From positions 83,082,001 through 83,146,000 of the forward strand of contig OZ076409.1 of the NCBI GenBank assembly GCA_964187785.1: 64,000 nucleotides of DNA, given 5' to 3'. A program made the translations under genes and the position numbers. Source of the stretch: Amphiscolops sp. MND2022 (lineage: Eukaryota). Under the pieces are notes generated by a model. The model was not told the origin of the DNA. It worked only from the letters and a program-made list of their open reading frames with translations, and made no database searches. This document shows positions 48,631 through 59,649 of the stretch, piece by piece (positions within the stretch are counted from its first letter, which is position 1; each line of letters begins with the position of its first letter).

Positions 48631-50646
48631 TTAACCAAACATGGAAAGATCTGTCCCGCTAGCTATGAGGTCATTCAGTGCAGCTCCATTGAACCCAAAA
48701 CTAGATAGCACACCAAAATTGATATCTGCTAGGTTTATGTCATTTGCAGCAACCAGACCCAAGTCCAGGCCTTCTAAGCTGAAGCCAGTTGATGAAAGTC
48801 CATCGAAGTCCAGTGCTGATATATCCAAGCCACTTGCAGCCAGGGCAACCAAATCATCAACAGTAACATTCAGCCCACTTGCAGTAAGCACTGCAAGATC
48901 CTCAGGAGTTATACCCAAAGCAGCGAGTTTAGCTTCATCACTTACAATGTCATCACTGCCTACGTCAGCCCCTAGTTGACTTAAAATCATGGCAGTGACG
49001 TCAACACTAGATAAATCTAGTCCACTGGCTATTATATCACTGAAGTCGAAGAGTGACAAGTCATAGCCGGTTGCAACAAGAGCGTTTACGTCCTCGACCG
49101 TAATGTCCCATCCTTGGTTAGAAAGAGCCGTCACTTGTTCTACTGTGAGACTCAATCCGGATGCTGCAATTGCGTCAACTAAATCACTGGCCAATTGAGT
49201 TCCATCTCCTGCGTCACTGGTACTATTTCCGACATCAGAACCTGTGCCACTTCCACCCGAGGCAGTCGCCAGATTACTTGCAATTAAAGCAATGACATCA
49301 ACCCCCGACAAATCTGTTCCACCGTTCAATATCTCAGCAATAGCGAGGTCCACGAGCGACAAGTCAAAGCCAGTTGCAACAAGCGCATTTATGTCCTCAA
49401 CCGTAATGTCCCATCCTTGGTTAGAAAGAGCCGTCACTTGTTCAGCTGTGAGACTCAATCCGGATGCTGCAATTGCGTCAGCTAAATCACTGGCCAATTG
49501 AGTTCCATCTCCTGCGTCACTGGTACTATTTCCGACATCAGAACCTGTGCCACTTCCACCCGAGGCAGTCGCCAGATTACTTGCAATTAAAGCAATGACA
49601 TCAACCCCCGACAAATCTATTCCACCGTTCAATATCTCAGCAATAGCGAGGTCCACGAGCGACAAGTCAAAGCCAGTTGCAACAAGCGCATTTATGTCCT
49701 CAACCGTAATGTCCCATCCTTGGTTAGAAAAAGCCGTCACTTGTTCAGCTGTGAGACTCAATCCGGATGCAGCAATGGCGTCAGCTAGATCACTGGCCAG
49801 TTGAGTTCCGTCTCCTGCATCACTGGTACTACTTCCGACATCAGAACCTGAATCAGCACTTCCTCCCGAGGCAGCCGCCAGACTACTTTCAATTAAAGCA
49901 GTGACATCAACCCCCGATAAATCAATTCCGGTATTCATTATCTCAACAATAGCGAAGTCCACCAGTGACAAGTCAATCCCAGTGGCAACAAGCGCATTTA
50001 TATCCTCGACCGTAATGTCCCATCCTTGGTTAGAAAGAGCCGTCACTTGTTCTGCTGTGAGACTCAATCCAGATGCCGCAATTGCGTCAGCTAGATCACT
50101 GGCCAGTTGACTTCCGTCTCTTGCATCACTGGTACTACTTCCGGCATCAGAACCTGAGCCATCACTTCCACCCGAGGCAGCCGCCAGACTACTTGCAATT
50201 AAAGCAGTGACATCAACCCCCGATAAATCAGTTCCGCTATTCATTATCTCAGCGACAGCAACGTCGATCAGCGATAAGTCAAAGTCAGTTGCAACAAGCG
50301 CATTTATGTCCTCGACCGTAATGTCCCATCCTTGGTTTGAAAAAGCCGTCACTTGTTCTGCTGTGAGACTCAATCCGGATGCCGCAATTGCGTCAACTAG
50401 ATCACTGGCCAATTGGCTTCCGTCTCCTGTGTTACTGCCAGTTTCGGACGGGTCCTGTGTACTAGACTGACTTCCAATTGGTTGATTGTTTGAACCTCCA
50501 TCATCTGTTACACCTTGGTTGGCACTATCCGTTGCATTCTCCCCAGAACCAGATCCAGATCCATTGTTTGAATTACCATCGCCGCTCCCATCATAATCTT
50601 TTTCAGGATCTTCAAGTTGATTTTGCTTTTCCTTGACATCGTCCTT
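48631..50646 (-). CDS. Terminal exon of a host gene encoding a very acidic tandem-repeat protein (five ~101-aa repeats)
   Basis: 593-aa ORF open a further 78 codons upstream with no ATG; 303-306-bp tandem repeats in frame. Confidence 0.8.
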   Translation of the reverse strand, partial: KDDVKEKQNQLEDPEKDYDGSGDGNSNNGSGSGSGENATDSANQGVTDDGGSNNQPIGSQSSTQDPSETGSNTGDGSQLASDLVDAIAASGLSLTAEQVTAFSNQGWDITVEDINALVATDFDLSLIDVAVAEIMNSGTDLSGVDVTALIASSLAAASGGSDGSGSDAGSSTSDARDGSQLASDLADAIAASGLSLTAEQVTALSNQGWDITVEDINALVATGIDLSLVDFAIVEIMNTGIDLSGVDVTALIESSLAAASGGSADSGSDVGSSTSDAGDGTQLASDLADAIAASGLSLTAEQVTAFSNQGWDITVEDINALVATGFDLSLVDLAIAEILNGGIDLSGVDVIALIASNLATASGGSGTGSDVGNSTSDAGDGTQLASDLADAIAASGLSLTAEQVTALSNQGWDITVEDINALVATGFDLSLVDLAIAEILNGGTDLSGVDVIALIASNLATASGGSGTGSDVGNSTSDAGDGTQLASDLVDAIAASGLSLTVEQVTALSNQGWDITVEDVNALVATGYDLSLFDFSDIIASGLDLSSVDVTAMILSQLGADVGSDDIVSDEAKLAALGITPEDLAVLTASGLNVTVDDLVALAASGLDISALDFDGLSSTGFSLEGLDLGLVAANDINLADINFGVLSSFGFNGAALNDLIASGTDLSMFG

Positions 50647-52419
50647 TTAAGGATTCGGAATAGATATTCTACAAAATCTCTTCGGATGTTTTACGAACCA
50701 TATTTTGGAATTTCTTATAAGTGAACAAATTATGGAAGAAAATATTGGAAACCTCGTTAGATTTTATCGAAGACACGCTTTTAGTTCTAGACTATTGAAT
50801 CTTAAATAGCCTCTCGTTAGGAAGACAAATGTTTTTCAGTTTTTAAAACTCCGTGAACTTTCCCGCGTTGGTCTTGTTTGCATTTAAACGTTCTTTGAAA
50901 TAGGTAGTCTTTCAATGATGTCGTAATTTAACCATCCCGAGCAGTAAATTGGAGCCAAGGAAAAAAATTGAAAAAAAGTTCGAAAGGAAAATGAAAAATA
51001 GAGAATCATTCGAAAAATTTGGAAACGTTGCGGAATCGCAGTCTGAACATGAAAGGCTTTCGGATTATTCAATGCAGTATTCTTTTACGGCGTGGGTTCT
51101 AAAATCGTTTTTTCAGGCGACTTGACATCTCAATTTCTTCAATCAGTCTTTCGAAGAGAACCAGCACCCATCCACCTAGCACCACAATCATTTCTTAGCT
51201 TTTCCTGCTGAAGTATGTGCAAAAAGTAAGATAAATAACGCTAGTTTGGGTTCTGAAAAAGACGCTGAAATCACAAAGGTCACCCAAAATACCCTAATGA
51301 AATGAAAAAACAAAACGTGAAAAAAATCATCTATCAACATTCCCGTCATGAGGCTTCCATGCAATTCCATGCGTGGAACCATATGATTGGCTGAATCCCA
51401 TGCGATTGCATGCATGGAAGCATGACATTCTTACTTTCCATACGTTTCTATGCATGAATCACACGATTCCATGCATGGAATTGTATGGAAATATAAAGCA
51501 AAGATTCTAAGTAGTTGAAATTTCAAACTTTCGAGGCTGAGCGTGTCTCTCTCAGCAAAAAAACAAGTGAGGCCGTTCGATATGGGAGAATGTAGGTATG
51601 GAAACGGCATGAAATTATCGTATGGAATCATATGATTCCATGGATGGATTTACATGGAATCGCATGTGGCGTTGGGTCCTCCCATAGAGGTAACTGCCTC
51701 TATATTTGCAAATATAGAGGTTACTGCAATACAATGTCTCCATTTTTTGACAAAGGAGCTGTTTGAAAGGAAAAAGTTGTTTTTATCAGTGATTAATGCA
51801 ATCCTGAACTATAGATCCTGATGCAATATATGTATGGCCCATAACGATGTTATCGTATTTCGTAGCTAATTCCGCTGAATAGCTGCAATTGCGTTAAACA
51901 ATGCAACTCCCATGCTATTTCGGTGAAAATCCGCGAATATGTGGTTGAAACTTCAAGCCAAGTAGCACTGGAGTCGGATTGTTGTAGAATCACGGAAAAG
52001 AGATTTTTGTAATGCTTTCAAGGGCATGGTCTTACTCTCGTCTCAATTTTTCCTTTTTTCTTTCAATAGACAAGCTATTATTTTCGCCCAAGTTTTGTTG
52101 CCGTCAATACCAATTTTGTGTTCTTCTAAAAGTGAGTTCAGTACAAAATTAGGTTATTTTTTCAAACTAACTAGAGTACTGTATTTGGCAGCGAAGAAAC
52201 TCAATTTTGTAACAAAAAACGTTCACTCAATTACTACTGTATTTGATTGTACTGTTCTAAATTGTAAGTCAATAGAATGTCTATTCCGACCAAACTGAAA
52301 CATAGGTATTTTAAAATATTTCGTTATTAGCACTTTCAAGAATAAAGAATGTTTCTGAGAATTCTCTTTGTGGAACGAATCTCATAACAATCCAAGTCCT
52401 CTTGGAAGAAAACTGTCTA

Positions 52420-52529
52420 CAGTACTGTGATTAAGAAATCGTCTCTGATGTTTTTCAAAATTGTCAACAGATTTTGAGAAAATCGAGCCTAAAATCGCCC
52501 CGGGGGACGTTTTCTTAATCACAGTGCTG
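52420..52529. mobile_element. Tc1/mariner-type MITE (110 bp)
   Basis: 24-bp TIR CAGTACTGTGATTAAGAAATCGTC (2 mismatches) flanked by TA on both sides. Confidence 0.75.
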
Positions 52530-52768
52530 TATGTTCTCATTAGAACTCAATCTTCATGCTTTTCCCATCATACAATCAATTTGATGCAGTTTTGGATCAA
52601 AACTTGAGATATTATTTTTGCTTAAACACAAAAAAACGTACTTGAATTGGAATTTCGCATTTTAAGATGACGTCATAAAGAAGGATTATAGGTTCTTCAA
52701 ATTATCCCTAAAATTTCGAAAATGAGGGGACAAAAAAGAAGTGAAGGAACAAAGCTGGAATGACTTAC

Positions 52769-52893
52769 TCATTGTTTATTTGGCTGATCTGGAATGTCTC
52801 GATACTTTGCCAAACTAGAAGTCCCCCTACACAAGTGCAGAGGAGTGCGATGATCACTTTGAAGTGAACAGCCTGACCGCCTTCCGTCTTCAT
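52769..52893 (-). CDS. Candidate first exon (signal/anchor sequence) of the repeat-protein gene
   Basis: MKTEGGQAVHFKVIIALLCTCVGGLLVWQSIETFQISQINN ending at a GA|GTAAGT donor. Confidence 0.45.
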
Positions 52894-53296
52894 CCAGGTC
52901 AATTCGTTTAGGTTTGATTCCTTTGATGGTTATTCAACAGAATTCAAGAGCTGAAACGGTAACAATGCGTACCCTAGTTCTAACGGCCCTAGTTCAACTT
53001 TTTAAATGTTGCATGGATGCATTCAGATTCTGTAATCGAGATTGCTTGAACTTTTTACATACTGCATTAAAAGATGCAGTGTATTTTTTTACACAACAAG
53101 GAAAATTCAAGAAGCATACATGGAAACATTTTGTAGGATTGAAAATGCAGCTTCATCTATTTCAATTAAAACTGAAAACATTTTCACTTCTTCGCCGCGA
53201 TCACTTTGTTTTCACGCGTAAGTTTCTCAAGTAAGTACCTTATGTAACCACCGTTAATCAGCTTAAGTATTTAAAAACCTGACCCTGAAAAGACTG

Positions 53297-53430
53297 AAAC
53301 AAGACGGGAACGTCTTAAGTCGGCGCTATATCTGAAGCTCAAAAAGCGCAAAACATTTTTTCTGAAAAAAACTTGAAATTTTTGAATTTTTTTCTTTCAG
53401 AAAATGTCGCATAGTGCCAAAAAATGAAAA
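53297..53430 (-). mobile_element. Truncated DINE-1/Helentron-like copy
   Basis: aaacaagacgggaacgtcttaagtcggcgctatatctgaagctcaaaaagcgc family terminus. Confidence 0.7.
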
Positions 53431-53823
53431 ATTTAATCATTCGAAATAAAAATGGAATGTTGCTTTTTGCATTATGCTGTGACAAAACATGAGCGTGATG
53501 ATTTTCAAAGAAGAATGTATCGATACCAGTATAGTTGTAAACCTTTGCGTCGGAAAAAATGTGATTCATGACCACGTCGACTATTTTGCCACTTTCATAT
53601 AAGTCGGAACGTTCATATAACTCTTGAAGTAAATTTTATGTCTTGAAATCAATATGAAGGCATTTTGAGGAATATAACTTCGACGATTCTGAAATAACAA
53701 GAGAATCGATCAAACTGAATTTGCTGTTTCTCCTCTCTCAGATATTTGAATCCGATGGCAATTAATTGACATAGAATTTTGAATATTGATATTTTCATTC
53801 CCAATTGACTTTAGCGTACTGGC

Positions 53824-54679
53824 CAAAAAGTAGTTTGGTTGCATACATCACATCTTTTTCGTTATATAGTTAAGTTCAGAAAACAACTTTAACAATTCAT
53901 TTTGGAAACCAGCAAAGGTTTAAAAACGAGTAAATTTTATAATGCAAAAGATTTTCATTTTATAATGCAAAAGACAAGCTGTCGAATACTTATTTAAAAA
54001 CGCCTGGTAGAAAAATGTAAGAGCTAGTTTTTCACATCCTTAAAGGTGTTTTAGAGGGAGTGTCCGAGAAATCAGACCACAATTTTTTACGAAAATGTTA
54101 GACGTTTATGGTAGTAAAGTGTTCATCCCCTCCCGTCGAAAGATCGTCACTTCTCGAGTGCGTACCTAAACTGACTAACTCGTCATTGTATATAAATGTC
54201 GTCATTGTCACCGGTGTATAAATTATCGAATTTCATCGAACGCCGCCGTTTTTTCCTTTTTATGTCGATGTGTACCGCCAGAGGCTTGTGTGTGCTCGAC
54301 ACGGTCGGGTGTCAATGACGAGTTAGTCAGTTTAGGTACGCACTCGAGAAGTGACGATCTTTCGACGGTTGGGGATGAACACTTTACTACCATAAACGTC
54401 TAACATTTTCGTAGAAAAATTGTGGTCTCATTTCTCGGACACTCCCTCTAAGATACCTTTACGGATGTGAAAAACTACCTCTTACATTTTTGTACCAGGC
54501 GTTTTCAAATAAGTATTCGACAGCTTATCTTTTGCATTATAAAATGAAAATCTTTTGCATTATAAAATTTACTCATTTTTAAACTTTTGCTGGTTTCCAA
54601 AATGAATTGTTAAATTTGTTTTCTGATTTTAACTATATAACGAAAAAGATGTGATGTATCCAATCAAACTACGTTTTTG
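53824..54679. mobile_element. Foldback/MITE element with ~360-bp inverted arms
   Basis: 53830-54188 is the near-perfect reverse complement of 54313-54672; a partial third arm lies at ~54705-54795. Confidence 0.85.
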
Positions 54680-55298
54680 AAATTATGTATACCTATTTTC
54701 AAAAAAGTAGTTTAATTGGATACATCACATCTTTTTCGTTATATAGTTAAATTCAGAAAACAAATTTAACAATTCATTTTGGAAACCAGCAAAGGAACGA
54801 GTAAATTTGAACCCCAAAATATTCCCTTGAAAAATCGGATTAAAGCATCAACAATTCCTAAATAGCACAAATTTGATTCAAAATCGAAATTATCATAGTT
54901 CAAGTTGAAAGCATACAGAAGCTTGCCACAGTTCTATTAGGTGAACGATAAAAAAAACGGAAGGCATAAATATTTCTGACCTCTTATAATGTCAAATAAT
55001 TGACACTAAAACTCAGCTTGTCAATCATTTATTGAGTTTGACAACATTGCTTTCACGCATTCGAGTGTCAAAGAATATTCGCGCATCAGACGTGCGAACA
55101 AACTTACTGGTAAAGATTTCTAGACTTTCTCTTCCTCGGAAGGTTTAAAACGTGCTTAGTTGAAGATATGATTACGTAATGCAAGCTCCATTTTGAATAC
55201 ATGACGCAAAAAGTGAAAGCGCCTTGTTCACAAATATTACAATTTTGAAGAATGAAAATTTTTACGCGTTCCGTTTTTTTGGTTCACCTGGTTTTGAT

Positions 55299-55691
55299 GG
55301 GGACTTCCCACTTAGCCGAATATCCACTTGGCCGAAAAAAAAAAAACAAAATGTTTCACTTAGCACTTAGCAAAACTACTTAGCACTGTATAATTCTCTG
55401 CAATCTGATTGGCCCACGGGGTCGAACCGGAACGAAATCCGTTCAAAAATGAAAAAAATGAATTTTTCAATTTCCCCTAGTCAGCTATGTTCAGATATTT
55501 CTAGTGCCCTAAATGCAGGAGCGAAGCGAAGCAGAGCGACATGCCGTATGACCATGCCTCAATGATGTTACTTGGCGAAGAGAGAGAGAGAGAGAGCGAA
55601 GCGACCGAGCCATACAACAAACATGCTAAGTATTTTTCGGCTGAGTGAAAACTTTTTTCGGCCAAGTGGATATTTGGCCTAGTGGCACCCC
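55299..55691. mobile_element. MITE-like element with ~35-bp inverted repeats
   Basis: ccacttagccgaatatccacttggccgaaaaaa / ttttttcggccaagtggatatttggcctagtgg. Confidence 0.6.
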
Positions 55692-58010
55692 ACCTTATTG
55701 ACAACCCCACGCAGTGCGAAACAATATTTAAGAAGTAGTGCAATAACAAAAAATTTACTAGCGTAGACCTTTCAGTGTAAAAAAGACTATTTCTCAACTG
55801 CAGTAAAAAATCATTTTCCCCTCAAAGGTCCAGCCTATGAAATTTTTGCGAAGTAATTGTGTACTTGAAATCAGGTTGCTCAAATTTAGTTAAATGTCTC
55901 AAACCATACGCAGAGACGAGACTTCTGGGTAGGGTGAGTCATTAAAACAAAACCTTGCCCCTGGTTATAACTGAAAAGTCTCCGATGTATTTCATAAACT
56001 GATACACAAATTTTGCACTTCTTCATCAAGCTTTGACTTTACCTAAATGGTAGTTTTAGAAAGTTTCACTTTTTGAATACTGTGATAGTACATTTACCTT
56101 TGATATGGTTTGAACAAAAGAACACAGAGTTTCCAAAAGTGTAGCTTGAAATTGCTTCGAAACTTGTTTAATAAACACCAGCTTAACATCATTCCACAAA
56201 ACTTTCGTTTCAACTGCTGCTCAAAATTGATTCTATTTTGCTAAAATAACTGTTTTGTTTTATCGACGTTGGAATAAAAAGTCAAACAGCTGCTTTGTTG
56301 GACATTTAGACGTCGCAATAATGAATTTAAAGCATTGCAAGCCTCTGAGTTTGGAGAAAAATCAGAAAAAAACTAGATGGAAGATGGCATACCTGTTTTC
56401 CACGTCTATGATTTCAGAAGTGCTCCTTATTTTCAACTGATTATCGATCTACCAGAAGTTATTTTTCCAAATTAAGAGATGAAAAACAAGCATTTTTAGT
56501 TTTTCGATTTTTATTGAATAAAAATGATTTTTTAATTATATGAAGAATTATAATCACTTGTTTTCATTAAAGTTATTTCAGATTGCTTCTAGGCAACTTT
56601 TCAAGTTTTGCGGCTTCCATCTTTCATCGATAAATTTGATTGGGCTTCAAAAGTTTCGAGAGAACCGCGTGATATTCCTTCTGCAAATTCTCAGCTCCAA
56701 GCAACTTGAAAAAACTAAGTTCCTCGTGATGAAACAAATTGCTTGAAAAAAAGAACCTGTTAGCTACTATTTCTTTGGATTCGAGATAGTCAGTCATATT
56801 TATGCATTTATAGAAAATAACGAGAAAAAAAATAAAAAAAACACAACATAGCACTTCATTGTTAAGTACATCGCTCAATTCGGCAAATATTTCTAATCAA
56901 CTCACTTCAAAATAACAGGTATGAAATCAAAACACTAGAAACAGTTTGAAAACGTTTAGCAAAAGACTTATCTCCTAAAACAACAAGACCCAGAAAACTA
57001 AATTGTGATGTATGTAAAAAGTTAAGGGGAATTTGCAAATTGGTTCATTATTTGAGACCAACGACTCGTTTTTATTTCATGATTGCTTCGAAAGTACCAT
57101 TCTTAAATGTTTAAGGAAATCAGAGCAACAGTAGACGTTCACGGGTTAACAAAAAATTGAATTCCGTGGCGGTAAATGGTGTTTTCAAATTGTGTTTCAT
57201 ACCCAAAAAGAACACTGTCATCACCTTGGTCTTTTTTGTAAATGACGATCCTATCGAATCACTCTTACACATATTTTGATATCTCGCTCTTCTATGCACA
57301 AATGTTAAAGTACGTATCACCTCATGTGCAATGATTGGGAATGTATCTTGACTATCACCTCGCGCGAAATCGTTTGAAACAAAGTCATGAAGTATGTTTA
57401 ACTTTCATGAACACGTGAATTCCCAGGCCTACAAAATATTGCACCGATTCAAAAATTACGGTATGCGAATGCCGTCAAATAACAGCAAAACGATCAGTCA
57501 CCTGCTTTTTGTTCGTGTCGAAGGCTGCCGCCTGCGACGGTAAATATTATCAAATCCCCAGGAACAAACGGAAACCACAGCTTAATGTGAACGCTGTCCT
57601 AGTTTAATTGTCCAATCATATTGCAGTAATTATATCAACTTTGATGTAGCTGTGCGGACTTGCAGTCCGTCACAGCTAAATTACCACGTAACCAATTTCT
57701 GGTACTAAACATAAGTATAACACTGTAGCCGGAGAGACCATCAGTCTGTCACGGTGAAATTGTTGAATATATGCATATTCCCTCATCAAGATGTGTTGCT
57801 TTGATTTAGTCATGCGTGAAATTATCGTTTTCGAATTTAGTTGAGCGCGGTGATATTGAATAAGGACGCTCAGTCCATGCCACCCAGTTCTGTTTTGATG
57901 CCATATTTAGCCACATAAATAATGATGCAATGCTGACGTCATAAAGCCTAGAATAATCTAGTGGCTATTTTTAGTAACATCACCAACATAACTTTGCTTG
58001 CCATGCAGGA

Positions 58011-58514
58011 AAAACAAGGTGGGAACGTCTAAAGTCGGCGCTATATCTAAGGCTCAAAAAGCGCAAAAGACTTTTTTGAAAAAAAAACCCTGAAATTTTC
58101 GAACTTTTTTTCGGAAAATGACGCATAGTGCCGAAAAATGTAAAAGGAGGGACCCTTTGGGCTTTATTAACATATATTCTGTTGCAAAATATCAAAGAAC
58201 TCGAAAGGGGGACTCTTTTGAGACATTGAAAAATTTTCGAAAAAAAGTCACACAAAGCCGAAAAAAATCGAAAGTGGTACCGTTTAGTCTCGTCCGGTTT
58301 TGTAGGTTGCGTTAAAATAGTAAAAAAATGAAAGGGGGACCCTCTTGAACTAATTTCCGTTGACCGGACTTGGCCTTATGGTAGTAGTTTTAGTAGTTTC
58401 GATTGTAAGAAAAGTGGCCCAATCAAAGTGAGATTGTAGTCTTACGAAAAAAAAGAAGAAAAACTAGCCACTGTAAGTGTCGGGCACTTTTCTTTAGAAA
58501 AGCGCCGACTAAAA
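58011..58514 (-). mobile_element. DINE-1/Helentron-like non-autonomous element
   Basis: AGTCGGCGCT...AGCGCCGACT subterminal inverted repeats; close match to 39596-40080. Confidence 0.75.
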
Positions 58515-58704
58515 TTATATAGAAAGGACCAGAGGGACATTCTTTCATTGATGCTACTTCTTGTTCCAGGACAACACGAATGATTTGCAAATCAGATCCA
58601 CAACTGAATTTGTGTTTGTGTACCTGTTGTACCATCTTCTAAAATGTCCGAGTGTATATCCAAGACATCAGTTAATTCATTGTTGTTTTTTGAATCTTTC
58701 CTCA

Positions 58705-59305
58705 ATGCCTTCAACTAGGAAGCAAAAAGCTAAAGAAAGACGGTCTCGACAATTGATATTATGTCTGATGTATGAAATGCTAATAAGTTATTCGAGAAAA
58801 GATGGAGGAAACTATCAAAGTGATAGTGAACTGAATTTAAACCCAGTGTCTATTTTGTCGCATCGATATTCGAATGTAGATAAAGATGATTTTAGATCAT
58901 TACTTACTAACTGCCTAGACAATAGTGAAATAACGATTGAGACGACCAGGATGATAAGTGAAGAAATTTCTAGCCAGTAATTGAAATCAAAGATAGTTTG
59001 AATTCTCAAATACAGAACGCGATTACGACGGCTATAACTGAGAAATTCCCTCCTTCTATTCAAAATACGTTAGACTCGCAGGGGAGGGATTAATTTACCG
59101 TGGTGGACTGAGGGTCCAACGGGCTACAAGAGGGCCCAAGGACGAATAATTTCACCGCAGTGGACCAGAGGTCCAGTGGGCTACAACGGAGCCCTGAAGT
59201 TGAAATCAGCCAGAAAGATTTGTGGGAGAATTGTACCAAAACGTATTTCACACAGGAAAGTTGTAGACAAATGTCTAGAGAGAGTTCAGTAGACTCATAT
59301 ACAGC
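58705..59305 (+). mobile_element. Decayed LTR/gag N-terminal fragment related to element B
   Basis: MPSTRKQKAKERRSRQ...DFRSLLTN..NSEITIETTRMISEEISSQ resembles ORF 33163-33576. Confidence 0.75.
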
Positions 59306-59649
59306 TCGCATTAATTCTCGTTATTTTCTGCCCAAATGTCCATATGGGAAATGAAAATTACTTGCTGTACATCAATATTTTCCAAAATTTTAATGTTTCC
59401 AAAAGTATACCAAGCTTACAGAGTTTCTTCCATTAGTTTCGTGGAACATCTATTTGTAGACATTTCTGTTCCATCCAGATATTTTTTGTCAATCAGCTTG
59501 TACGTGCCCACAAAACATAGGGGGATGGAGGACTGTCAGTAAAGATGTAACGAACAAGCGTTAAAACACTGCAAGCTGCAGAGCCTCCTTACAGTGTCAG
59601 TGACGGTCCCAAAACAAACAAATTCTAAAAATATGGACAAGCGGAGGAG

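Noticed and set aside
48641..50470. Repeated plus-strand ORFs
   Set aside because: Antisense shadows of the minus-strand repeat protein
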